Shown: piece after piece, positions 55,724 through 64,000 of the stretch | How the letters are laid out: each line of letters opens with the position of its first letter | How positions within the stretch are numbered: the first letter of the stretch is position 1 | The notes under the pieces: generated by a model | What the model was told of the DNA's origin: nothing | What the model saw: only the letters and a program-made list of their open reading frames with translations | The model's database searches: none | Translations under genes and position numbers: made by a program | Assembly: GCA_030705825.1 (NCBI GenBank) | Contig: JAUZPR010000004.1 | Span: 222 to 64,221 of the forward strand | Length of the DNA: 64,000 nt | Direction: 5' to 3' | Source of the DNA: Bacillota bacterium | GTDB taxonomy: Bacteria > Bacillota > Clostridia > Acetivibrionales > JANLFN01

Positions 55724-56338
55724 ATGGATTTAAACAAGGTATTCGAAGAAAGGCGTTCTGTTAATTTTTTTAACCCTCAAAAACAGATTGAAGAAGAGAC
55801 TCTGAAGAATATAATCAATCTTGCTGTTCTTGCACCATCTGCATTCAATCTTCAGCCCTGGGAGCTTATAGCAGTACAATCGGAAGAGGCAAAGAATAAA
55901 CTTTTTCCACTGACCGGCAACCAGCCCAAGATAAAGGAGGCTCCGGTTACACTAATTGTAGTCGGTGATTTGGAGGGATATAAACCTGAAAATACTGCCT
56001 GGAATGATTTGGAGATAATGCTTAACAATAAGCAGGCACTAGAAAACTACCAGAAAAATGCCTATTCATTGTATGGAACCACTAAAGAAAGAAGTATAAA
56101 ATTTGCAGAAAGCAATGCAGGCCTTTTAGCCATGTCAATCATGTATGCTGCAAAGTATTATGGAGTAGATTCGCACGCCATGAGCGGCATTGATTTTGAC
56201 GGAATAAACAAGGCATTTTCACTTGGAGAAAGCAAGACTGTTGTTATGTTGATAGCATTGGGATATTTTGATGAGTCCAGGAAACTGTATCCAAGAAGAA
56301 GCCGCAAGAGCTATTATGATATTGTTACAAAGGTTTAA
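55724..56338 (+). CDS. Nitroreductase-family protein.
   Basis: ATG 55724 lies 8 nt after AAGGGGA. RRSVNFF, APSAFNLQPWE. About 200 aa. Confidence 0.8.
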   Translation: MDLNKVFEERRSVNFFNPQKQIEEETLKNIINLAVLAPSAFNLQPWELIAVQSEEAKNKLFPLTGNQPKIKEAPVTLIVVGDLEGYKPENTAWNDLEIMLNNKQALENYQKNAYSLYGTTKERSIKFAESNAGLLAMSIMYAAKYYGVDSHAMSGIDFDGINKAFSLGESKTVVMLIALGYFDESRKLYPRRSRKSYYDIVTKV

Positions 56339-56356
56339 ATTCAAATTACCTATAAC

Positions 56357-56396
56357 AAAGCCTGCAGGAGACTTATCCAATTCTGCGGGCTTTTTC
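56357..56396. terminator. Bidirectional terminator between convergent genes.
   Basis: aaagcctgcag ... ctgcgggcttt (one G-U pair) followed by ttc. An A-run lies on the other side. Confidence 0.65.
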
Positions 56397-56423
56397 TTAT
56401 AAAATACTAAACCGGATTTAGAT

Positions 56424-57647
56424 TTAGTAATTGTTAACTATATCCATTGCTATTTCCTGCCATCTGAAAAGATTTTCAGGTCTGTTACATACAGTCGAAA
56501 TATCCTTTAATACTATATCGCAGGAACAACCGTTACGTTTGCAGGCATTAACAATACGGGCCAGTTCCTTTCTTACGGCATTCTCATTCAGATTCTCAAC
56601 ACCAAGTTGTGCCGGATTGGGTTTTGAAGCTATAACATATCGATTTTGAATTATTTCGGCTGCAACGTCTATATCAGCCCACGGCGTAATACTTATTTTC
56701 CTTAAATTGGGTATTTGTTCGAGAATACAGATTTTTTTATGCAGCGGCTCACAGCAGCCATAATATACCATACCGAACGGTTCCATGGCTTTTATCATAT
56801 ATTGTATGTCAAACTCGTCATGCATTTTCGGCGACACGCTTCCAAATATCTGAGCCAGACCACGGCCCCATACATCCCTGGCTCTGACTGAGTTCTGATA
56901 CGGATGAAGATCATTTGTCAATGCCGACGTGCTGTGTATGTAATATGCATCACCGTCAAACAACCCCAATTCATCATATTGTTTGACTTTATCAATAAAA
57001 ATATCGGTCAGCTTGCCTATTAATTGATGCATAAATTCCGGTCTTTCAATCAAATCAAAGAAAAGTGTTTCAAGACCCCGGTAAAAAACTATATCGTCCA
57101 TTGTTTTGCAACCAAGCTCATAGCCTGTAGGCTGACCCGAAATTTTTAAGGGAAGTATGTCTCCGAAGATGTCAGCTGTCTGGAAATAATTCTTCATAGT
57201 AGCTTCACGGTCATATGAAATTTTTTCATAGTGAAGCTTTTGCAGATCTTCTTCAATTTGAAACTGGTCAACAAAAGTATGTGATTTTGCGGTTTCCTGA
57301 TGCTCGTTTACTATCTGTTCAACCCCTATCCCAGTTGAGCTTATTATTTTAGGTATACTGAAGTATGGCCTTAAAACCATGTCAGCCGGCATATGCACCC
57401 ATTTGTATATGTTCATCCTGAAAAAGCTTTCTATTTCCCTGTAAAAGACATTTTCACATTTTAAGGTCAGTTCATCATTGATATTCATTTCATCCCAGGG
57501 GATCTCATCTATTAGGACAATTGGTCTTGGTTGTTTCAAGTCATTAACCATTTTGTGAAGAAGAATATTTTGCTTGTTTTTGTCCGAGTTGGCAAGTTCA
57601 AAATATATACTTGCAAGTTCCCTGAGAATTATCTCATCTTTTGGCAT
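56424..57647 (-). CDS. Hypothetical enzyme. Possibly a URO-D/MtaA-like TIM-barrel protein, but that family call is low confidence.
   Basis: Clean 407-aa ORF with a terminator. Soluble composition. The family suggestion comes only from overall resemblance and has not been verified. Confidence 0.55.
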   Translation of the reverse strand: MPKDEIILRELASIYFELANSDKNKQNILLHKMVNDLKQPRPIVLIDEIPWDEMNINDELTLKCENVFYREIESFFRMNIYKWVHMPADMVLRPYFSIPKIISSTGIGVEQIVNEHQETAKSHTFVDQFQIEEDLQKLHYEKISYDREATMKNYFQTADIFGDILPLKISGQPTGYELGCKTMDDIVFYRGLETLFFDLIERPEFMHQLIGKLTDIFIDKVKQYDELGLFDGDAYYIHSTSALTNDLHPYQNSVRARDVWGRGLAQIFGSVSPKMHDEFDIQYMIKAMEPFGMVYYGCCEPLHKKICILEQIPNLRKISITPWADIDVAAEIIQNRYVIASKPNPAQLGVENLNENAVRKELARIVNACKRNGCSCDIVLKDISTVCNRPENLFRWQEIAMDIVNNY

Positions 57648-57855
57648 TCAAACCAGCCCCTTAGCCATTGATTATTATAATTAATATGATATAGGATATT
57701 TTATGTAAATTAAAGTACTTTGTATTACATATATTTATAGTATTGTCCCATTATACCCTTATGAGTGGCGGTACTTGAGTTTATAAGGTATAATATTTAC
57801 TGGAAGAGAAATAACCGGAAATCGATTTCGTAGTTTAAAACCTAATGCGTTAAGG

Positions 57856-58824
57856 ATGTGGTATGAATTGAAATTGTGTATTCTGGACTTGAAATGTATA
57901 GGCAATGATTTGAATATCAATGTTTTTGACAAGTATGGAAAAGTTGAGGCTTATCAGATGACAAAACCTGATGAGGTAGCCGGCAGAATAAAAGACTGCG
58001 ACGTAATAATCACCAACAAGATTCTCCTGAACAAATCAAATCTTATTAACGCTGATAAGCTAAAACTTATATGTATTACTGCCACAGGAACAAACAATGT
58101 TGATCTGGATTACACAAGGCAAAAGGGAATAGCGGTAACAAATGTGGCGGGTTATTCAACCTGGAGTGTTACACAGCATACGTTTGCCATGCTGTTTTAT
58201 GTACTTGAACAGCTTAAATATTATGATGAATTTGTAAAATCAGGAGAATATTCGCGAAGCGACTGCTTCAACAACCTTGATAAACCGTTCAGCGATATAC
58301 AGGGTAAGACCTGGGGCGTGATTGGCCTTGGAGCCATAGGAAGCGCTGTTGCTTCTGTGGCAAGAGCTTTCGGCTGTAAGGTTATTTATTACTCGACAAG
58401 CGGAAAAAACAATAATCCCGAATATCAAAGAGCAGAACTAGATGATTTGCTGAAGACTTCGGATATAGTATCCGTTCATGCACCGCTCAATGACAGGACA
58501 AAAGACCTCATTCAATACAGACACATAGGTATTATGAAAAAAAGTGCAGTACTAATGAACCTGGGCCGGGGCGGAATAGTAAATGAACTTGACCTTGCAC
58601 TGGCTCTGGATGACAAACTTATTGCATATGCAGCTGTAGATGTTCTTGAACATGAACCTATAGCCCAGGATAACCCACTGATGCAGATTAAAGATAAAAG
58701 CAGACTTCTGATTACTCCTCATATTGCCTGGGCAAGTATAGAAGCGAGAAACAGGCTTATAGACGAAATTGCGACGAATATTGAAGCTTTTATCAATAAT
58801 GAAAGCAGAAATAGGGTTTGCTAG
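57856..58824 (+). CDS. D-isomer-specific 2-hydroxyacid dehydrogenase (glycerate/hydroxypyruvate reductase-like).
   Basis: GVIGLGAIGSAVA (NAD site), HAPLNDRTKDLI, NLGRGGIV, DVLEHEP and TPHIAWAS (R-E-H catalytic pattern). The start is uncertain (ATG 57856 or in-frame TTG 57868). Confidence 0.82.
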   Translation: MWYELKLCILDLKCIGNDLNINVFDKYGKVEAYQMTKPDEVAGRIKDCDVIITNKILLNKSNLINADKLKLICITATGTNNVDLDYTRQKGIAVTNVAGYSTWSVTQHTFAMLFYVLEQLKYYDEFVKSGEYSRSDCFNNLDKPFSDIQGKTWGVIGLGAIGSAVASVARAFGCKVIYYSTSGKNNNPEYQRAELDDLLKTSDIVSVHAPLNDRTKDLIQYRHIGIMKKSAVLMNLGRGGIVNELDLALALDDKLIAYAAVDVLEHEPIAQDNPLMQIKDKSRLLITPHIAWASIEARNRLIDEIATNIEAFINNESRNRVC

Positions 58825-58855
58825 ATAGGTACGATAAGTTAATTTTAAGTATATT

Positions 58856-58897
58856 GAAAAACAAGAGGAAGACTTAACGCATTCCTCTTGTTCTTTA
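58856..58897. terminator. Bidirectional terminator between the dehydrogenase gene and pilM.
   Basis: acaagaggaa (58861-58870) pairs perfectly with ttcctcttgt (58883-58892). On the minus strand it is followed by tttttc. Confidence 0.75.
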
Positions 58898-59995
58898 TAG
58901 CGAAATACCCAAAGAGTTGGTCATAAATGTAAGCTTGTTCTTTTCGATATTCTTATCCAGATCAACTCCTTTTAGATCCAGAGAATAAACAGGGGATACG
59001 GGCATGTTGAGCACTGACCCCAAATATCTGTCCAACCCGTAAAGTTGGGAACCACCGCCGGTAATGAATATTCTCTCTACTCTATTTCCCTGAAACCTGT
59101 TCTGGTAGAATTCTATACAGGATATAAGCTGTTTTGTAAGTTTGACCACAAAGTTGTTTATTGATTCATAAACCTCCCTGTGTTCCTGTGTAGACTCATT
59201 GTCAGGAAGCTTAAGGCCGTATATCATTTTCAGCTTTTCAGCAACATCAATTGGTACACCCAAATCCTTTGCAATATGTTCGTCTATATTACTGCTGCCG
59301 CAAAGTATGACTTTGTTGAAGGTGAGGACTCTGTTCTGCATTATATTTATAATGGTTGTTTCCGAACCAAAATCAAGAACTGCAAAAGTGTCTGAATTCT
59401 GGACATTGTTCTGTATACTTGTTTCGGTTGGAATACTGATATCACTTATCCTGTTAAAGAACTTGGCAGTGCTGTTTCCCGGTATATCTATGGCAAGCGG
59501 TTTCAAATCCAGCATCTGAAGGACCTTTACGTAGCTTTGTATAACAAGCCTGGGTACTGCGGTTGCAAATACCTTGCAGATATCCAGCCCGTCTTTTTTG
59601 GTAGTTTGAAGGATTTTATAATCCACACTGTAATCATTATTCAGGAAAGGCAGGTATACGGATACTGTTCTTTTTATAGCCATATCACACGTTTCGTTGG
59701 GCATTACCTCTATGGAGTATATCCTGGTAATGATATTTGTGCCGGACATTATAATTTTGGCTGTTTTGGCAGACATTTTGTAACTAGTTATCAGGTTTTT
59801 GATTGCCTGAACTATTCTCGTCGTATCGTGAATTGAACCGTTGGCGATTGCACCAAAAGGTGTTTTACAGATTCCAAATTTTTTTACAAATACCCTGCAG
59901 TCTTTTCTTAAACTGACTTCTAGAACTTTTATGTTTCTATAACCCACATCAATACAGAGAATACTGTCATTTTTCTTGAAAAGGTCTAAAATCAT
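58895..59995 (-). CDS. pilM: PilM-like actin/FtsA-fold protein (type IV pilus assembly ATPase-like).
   Basis: ILCIDVGYRNIKVLEV, AIDIP, FAVLDFGSETT and RIFITGGGSQL.GL follow the PilM/FtsA ASKHA pattern. ATG 59995 is preferred; ATG 60019 is the alternative. Confidence 0.7.
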   Translation of the reverse strand: MILDLFKKNDSILCIDVGYRNIKVLEVSLRKDCRVFVKKFGICKTPFGAIANGSIHDTTRIVQAIKNLITSYKMSAKTAKIIMSGTNIITRIYSIEVMPNETCDMAIKRTVSVYLPFLNNDYSVDYKILQTTKKDGLDICKVFATAVPRLVIQSYVKVLQMLDLKPLAIDIPGNSTAKFFNRISDISIPTETSIQNNVQNSDTFAVLDFGSETTIINIMQNRVLTFNKVILCGSSNIDEHIAKDLGVPIDVAEKLKMIYGLKLPDNESTQEHREVYESINNFVVKLTKQLISCIEFYQNRFQGNRVERIFITGGGSQLYGLDRYLGSVLNMPVSPVYSLDLKGVDLDKNIEKNKLTFMTNSLGISL

Positions 59996-60371
59996 AAAAA
60001 TACACTTCCTGCTCCCCATAATTTTTCCATAAATAAAATAAAATCAGGCTGGATATTAAATGTTCTCTACTGATTAATTATTTTATATGATTATAATAAG
60101 AAATTCAATATATTTCATCCTTTACCCAACCATAATTATGAAATTTCAATGTATGCAGGCTGAAAATCAGTTTAAATATTTCCAAAATGCTTATAATGTT
60201 CATACAGTATTAAAAAATGATGTCACATTTTTATAATCATAAGTGTTAAGTAATATAGTATTGCCCATCTTGCTATTATTGAAACCAAAGTTGTCTACCT
60301 TTATGTGTAAAATAGGCGTATAATTAGGGTATATTTTGTTTATAACCCGTTTTGGCGCAGGGGGAGTTATT

Positions 60372-60815
60372 TTGTTCGATTTAATTTCATCAATTTTGAA
60401 GTATATCTTTACACTTATTATTTATCTGTTCATTTTCGGTGTAATCAGACTAATTTATCTTGATATAAAGTCAATGAATTTTAAAAAATCCGAGAACGAA
60501 GGTTATCCCTATCTTAAACTAATTAATCAAAGGGAGAACCTTGATTTTAAAATAGAAGAAACCTACATGCTTAAGAACCATATATCTGTCGGTCGCGGCA
60601 ATAACAACGATATAGTTATAAAAGACCCGTTTGTTTCAGGAAAGCATGCAGAAATTAATGTAGTTGACAATAATTTTGTATTAAGGGATTTGAATAGTAA
60701 AAACGGTACTTTTTTAAATGGGGAAATATTACAGGAAGGTTTTGCGTATTTAAAGGATGGGGATAAAATCAAATTCGGATTGATAGATTTCCTATTCGTA
60801 GACTATAAGGCATAG
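60372..60815 (+). CDS. Membrane-anchored FHA-domain protein.
   Basis: TTG 60372 lies after GGGGAG; the ORF-track start is 60336. One N-terminal TM helix. FHA core ISVGRGNNNDIVIKDPFVSGKHAEI...LRDLNSKNGTFLNG. Confidence 0.8.
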   Translation: MFDLISSILKYIFTLIIYLFIFGVIRLIYLDIKSMNFKKSENEGYPYLKLINQRENLDFKIEETYMLKNHISVGRGNNNDIVIKDPFVSGKHAEINVVDNNFVLRDLNSKNGTFLNGEILQEGFAYLKDGDKIKFGLIDFLFVDYKA

Positions 60816-60825
60816 AGGGGCGAAA

Positions 60826-62109
60826 ATGCTGAGATTATTGAATTATAAGCATCCTGTGAATCTTTTGGTTGCTGTTGATATAATTGCATTCGGTTTATTA
60901 TGTTATCATAACAGCAGCAAGGCATTTGACTGGAAGACCTTACTTGCAGGTGTCATTATTTCTGTTTTGTTTTGTATTACATATTTGATTATTGTTAAAA
61001 AAGGTATGGGGGATGAATATCTTTTCTTAATAGTTGCTATGCTCTCAAGCCTTGGATTTATAATGATATACAGGCTTGATAACGAGGCGGGCTTCAGGCA
61101 GTTCATATGGCTCTTGCTTGGAATTTCCCTTTTCTTTTTAAGTTATTTTGCATTTATAAAAATAAAAACATGGTCAAAATTCATTTATTTCTATATAGGC
61201 GCATCTTTTTTGCTTTACATACTTACTCTGGTTTTGGGAACCGACATTGGCGGTTCAAAAAACTGGATAATAGTAGGCGGCTTCAGATTTCAGCCCTCGG
61301 AAATAATCAAAGTCCTTTTTATACTGTTCCTTGCATGTTACTTTAAAGATCCGGATTCCTTAAGGTTTCCTTTGAATAAACCCAAATTCCTGAATACTCG
61401 TTTGGGCAGAAGTCTTTTTCTGATGGCAGCAGTTTATATGAATGTCGCTTTTCTTTTTCTGCAGGGTGAATGGGGTACAGTACTTCTTTTCCTGCTTGTT
61501 TTTCTTGCAGAGGTTTATGTTTTTGATAAAGGAAAGGTCCTCATGCTGGTTAATTCCGCAGCTATAATTATTTGTGCTGCAGCTGGGTATTTTCTCGTAT
61601 ACCACATTAAAGTACGTTTTGATATCTGGCTTAATCCATGGGCCGATATTTCAGGAAAGGGTTATCAGATAGCCCAGTCTCTTTTTGCAATTGCTGCAGG
61701 CGGCTTTTTTGGAACGGGAATAGGCTCGGGAAGACCTGATCTGATACCTGCCGTAAATACCGATTTCATCTTTTCGGCTATAAGCGAAGAAATGGGAATA
61801 TTTGGGGGAATGGCAGTAATTCTGTTGTTTTTCATACTGGCTTACAGAGGCTTCAAAATAGTTATGAAGGTTGAAGATAAATTTAACAAGGCATTAGCAT
61901 TAGGGATTGCAGTTCAGATAGGAATACAGACATTTATAATAATCGGAGGAGTAACCAAATTGGTTCCTCTTACGGGAATTACGCTTCCCTTTATAAGTTA
62001 TGGGGGAAGTTCACTGGTAACAAGCTTTATTCTTTTAGGACTGCTGCAGGCATTATCATCCGGTAAAGCCCAAAGGTCAGGGGGGGTTGATAAGCTTGAC
62101 AGAGAATAA
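60826..62109 (+). CDS. FtsW/RodA/SpoVE-family (SEDS) peptidoglycan polymerase.
   Basis: RBS AGAGGGG. GSKNWI..GGFRFQPSE..K, TDFIFSAI.EE.G and LPFISYGGSS. Confidence 0.88.
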   Translation: MLRLLNYKHPVNLLVAVDIIAFGLLCYHNSSKAFDWKTLLAGVIISVLFCITYLIIVKKGMGDEYLFLIVAMLSSLGFIMIYRLDNEAGFRQFIWLLLGISLFFLSYFAFIKIKTWSKFIYFYIGASFLLYILTLVLGTDIGGSKNWIIVGGFRFQPSEIIKVLFILFLACYFKDPDSLRFPLNKPKFLNTRLGRSLFLMAAVYMNVAFLFLQGEWGTVLLFLLVFLAEVYVFDKGKVLMLVNSAAIIICAAAGYFLVYHIKVRFDIWLNPWADISGKGYQIAQSLFAIAAGGFFGTGIGSGRPDLIPAVNTDFIFSAISEEMGIFGGMAVILLFFILAYRGFKIVMKVEDKFNKALALGIAVQIGIQTFIIIGGVTKLVPLTGITLPFISYGGSSLVTSFILLGLLQALSSGKAQRSGGVDKLDRE

Positions 62110-63517
62110 AAAAATCATTCACATTTTTATATTCATATGTTTTCTGTTTTTACTGCTTGCGGGATATCTGACGTATATTCAGCTTTTTGAGTCGACAAGC
62201 CTGTCTGCAAATCCGTATAACAACCGTAATCAGCAGCTTGAGAACGATACACTGCGCGGAAGTATTTTTGACAGAAATGGGAAATTACTTGCTTACAGTA
62301 AAAAAACAGGTGATAAACAAACCCGTATCTATCCTTTTAATAATCTTTACAGCCAGCTCATAGGGTATGATTCCAAAATTTATGGAAAATCACAGCTGGA
62401 AAAGCAATATGACAACTATCTTGTAAACAGGAATATAGCCAATCCTCTTCTGGCTATTAAAAATGCATTCAACAGTAAGGAGAAGACGGGAAACGACCTG
62501 TATCTGACCATAGATAACAAGCTTCAGACCTTGAGCAGGCAGCTTATTGGAAACAGAAACGGTGCGGTAGTTGCTATGGATCCGAAGACCGGTGAAATAT
62601 TGGCAATGGTAAGCAAACCCGATTTTAATCCCAACAGCAGTACTCTTGAAGCAAACTGGCAAAACCTTGCGGAATCCTCAAGCCACCCATTTCTTCCGCG
62701 TGCCACCCAGGGATTGTACAACCCGGGCTCTACCTTTAAAATAGTAATAAGTACAGCGGCGTTTGAAAATGGAATGGGAACTGTTAAAATGAACGATAAA
62801 GGCAGTGTCATCATTGACGGCAGGCAGATAAAAAACGAGGGCGGAAGTGCATATGGAAATATAGATATAGGCAAGGCACTTTCTGTATCAAGTAACGTAT
62901 ATTTCTCTCAAATTGCAGTACAACTGGGCCAGGACAGGCTTAAGGAAATTACATCAAGATTTGAGCTTGGGAAAGAGATTCCTTTTAATATACCGCTTGA
63001 GCAAAGCTCCTTCGGCTATAGGAATATGAGCAAGGCGGATATGGCATCGGCCGGTATAGGCCAGGGGAAGGTTCTTGTAACCCCACTGCAGATGGCAATG
63101 ATTACATCTGCCATAGCCAACAAGGGAAATATGATGAGACCTATGCTGGTAAACAGGATAAGTACCCATGATGGTCTGCTGGACCTTAAAAACTACAAAA
63201 GTTCTCTTCTTGCACATGTAACTGATAGTAATACTGCTGCAGGCATTAAAAAGATCATGCAGGAAGTTGTAGATAAAGGCACGGGAAGAAATGCAGCAAT
63301 AAGAGGCATTAGTGTTGCGGGTAAAACGGGAACTGCAGAAAATGAGTTTACAGGAATTCAGAACAGGAAGGAGCATTCCTGGTTTATAGGCTTTGCTCCA
63401 GTCGAAGATCCTCAGATAGTAGTTGCCGTCATTCTTGAATATAACGGCTCTTCAGGCGGAAGTGTCGCAGCGCCTATTGCGAGAAGCATAATATCGGAAT
63501 ATTTGAACAATCGATAG
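62087..63517 (+). CDS. Class B penicillin-binding protein (PBP2-type transpeptidase).
   Basis: RG.I.DRNG, PGSTFK (SxxK), SSN and KTGTAE motifs. Overlaps the SEDS gene by 23 nt. Confidence 0.88.
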   Translation: MISLTENKKIIHIFIFICFLFLLLAGYLTYIQLFESTSLSANPYNNRNQQLENDTLRGSIFDRNGKLLAYSKKTGDKQTRIYPFNNLYSQLIGYDSKIYGKSQLEKQYDNYLVNRNIANPLLAIKNAFNSKEKTGNDLYLTIDNKLQTLSRQLIGNRNGAVVAMDPKTGEILAMVSKPDFNPNSSTLEANWQNLAESSSHPFLPRATQGLYNPGSTFKIVISTAAFENGMGTVKMNDKGSVIIDGRQIKNEGGSAYGNIDIGKALSVSSNVYFSQIAVQLGQDRLKEITSRFELGKEIPFNIPLEQSSFGYRNMSKADMASAGIGQGKVLVTPLQMAMITSAIANKGNMMRPMLVNRISTHDGLLDLKNYKSSLLAHVTDSNTAAGIKKIMQEVVDKGTGRNAAIRGISVAGKTGTAENEFTGIQNRKEHSWFIGFAPVEDPQIVVAVILEYNGSSGGSVAAPIARSIISEYLNNR

Positions 63518-63527
63518 GAGTTGAATT

Positions 63528-64000
63528 ATGGCGGGTCAAAGAGTGCTCATAGTAGATGATGAGGTTGAAATTGCCGAGATAATAAGAGATTATCTGAGAG
63601 CGGAGGGTTATGAGGTAAAATTGGCTTCTGACGGAGAAGATGGCCTGAGAAGCTTTAAAAGCTTTGATCCTCAGCTTGTAATACTGGACGTTATGATGCC
63701 CGGGCTTGATGGCATGGAGGTTTGTCGTATTATCCGGTCCCAGTCGAGTATACCAATAATAATGCTGAGCGCAAAAAGCAGCGACATAGATAAAATACTG
63801 GGGCTTGGTCTTGGCGCTGATGACTATATATCCAAGCCGTTCAGCCCCGGCGAACTGGTAGCCCGCGTGAAAGCACATTTCAGAAGATATATGCACCTGT
63901 CCAATACACAGCAGTCAGATATCCTTGAGTTTGGGAACCTGAAAATAGACAGCAGGTCGTACCAGGTTACCGTCAATGGTAACAAAGCCGAACTTGCCGC
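63528..64000 (+). CDS. OmpR-family response regulator, 3'-truncated by the window edge.
   Basis: Not in the ORF track because there is no stop in the window. ATG 63528 lies after TAGGAG. MAGQRVLIVDDE...LDVMMPGLDG...SAK...DDYISKPFSP.EL, followed by the start of a winged-helix domain. Confidence 0.85.
   Translation, partial: MAGQRVLIVDDEVEIAEIIRDYLRAEGYEVKLASDGEDGLRSFKSFDPQLVILDVMMPGLDGMEVCRIIRSQSSIPIIMLSAKSSDIDKILGLGLGADDYISKPFSPGELVARVKAHFRRYMHLSNTQQSDILEFGNLKIDSRSYQVTVNGNKAELA

Overview
AT-rich chromosomal window from an endospore-forming Firmicute. It looks like Clostridia: spo0A, SLH-anchored and X2-module surface proteins, a two-subunit Fe-S fumarase, and 2-oxoacid:ferredoxin oxidoreductase. 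I support about 60 protein genes, one tRNA-Lys(UUU), one yybP-ykoY-type Mn2+ riboswitch, several sigma-A-like promoters and intrinsic terminators, and two unusual intergenic repeat elements. I found no CRISPR array, transposase, integrase or rRNA.

The left third (1-20 kb) looks accessory and is devoted to the cell envelope:
- A partial surface protein ending in three exact 93-aa tandem modules.
- A large secreted NodB deacetylase.
- A Gram-positive-type pelDEFG exopolysaccharide operon. Its PelD carries an N-terminal SDR domain and has no GGDEF domain. Three nucleotide-sugar genes follow it.
- An mntR-like regulator plus an MFS pump.
- An ATP-grasp / PHP / SLH-anchored deacetylase operon.

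The rest is mostly housekeeping: aroA-aroK-aroC, spo0A, hup, fumarase, purA, mntH, bcp, kor-type oxidoreductase, and an FHA-RodA-PBP2 operon.

The most interesting items, in my view:
1. The SDR-PelD fusion that lacks a GGDEF domain.
2. A SecA2-like ATPase whose own C-terminal module is duplicated as a translationally coupled upstream ORF. Both proteins end in hydrophobic tails instead of the SecA zinc finger.
3. A 330-nt array of telomere-like, Shine-Dalgarno-like GTTNRGR heptamers plus its inverted complement, wedged between the two fumarase subunit genes. A related copy lies next to a GC-rich multi-hairpin element between two RNA-modification genes.
4. A Mn riboswitch controlling a CaCA-family antiporter.

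All calls come from reading the sequence and the translated ORFs by eye. No searches were run, and similarity statements are visual estimates.
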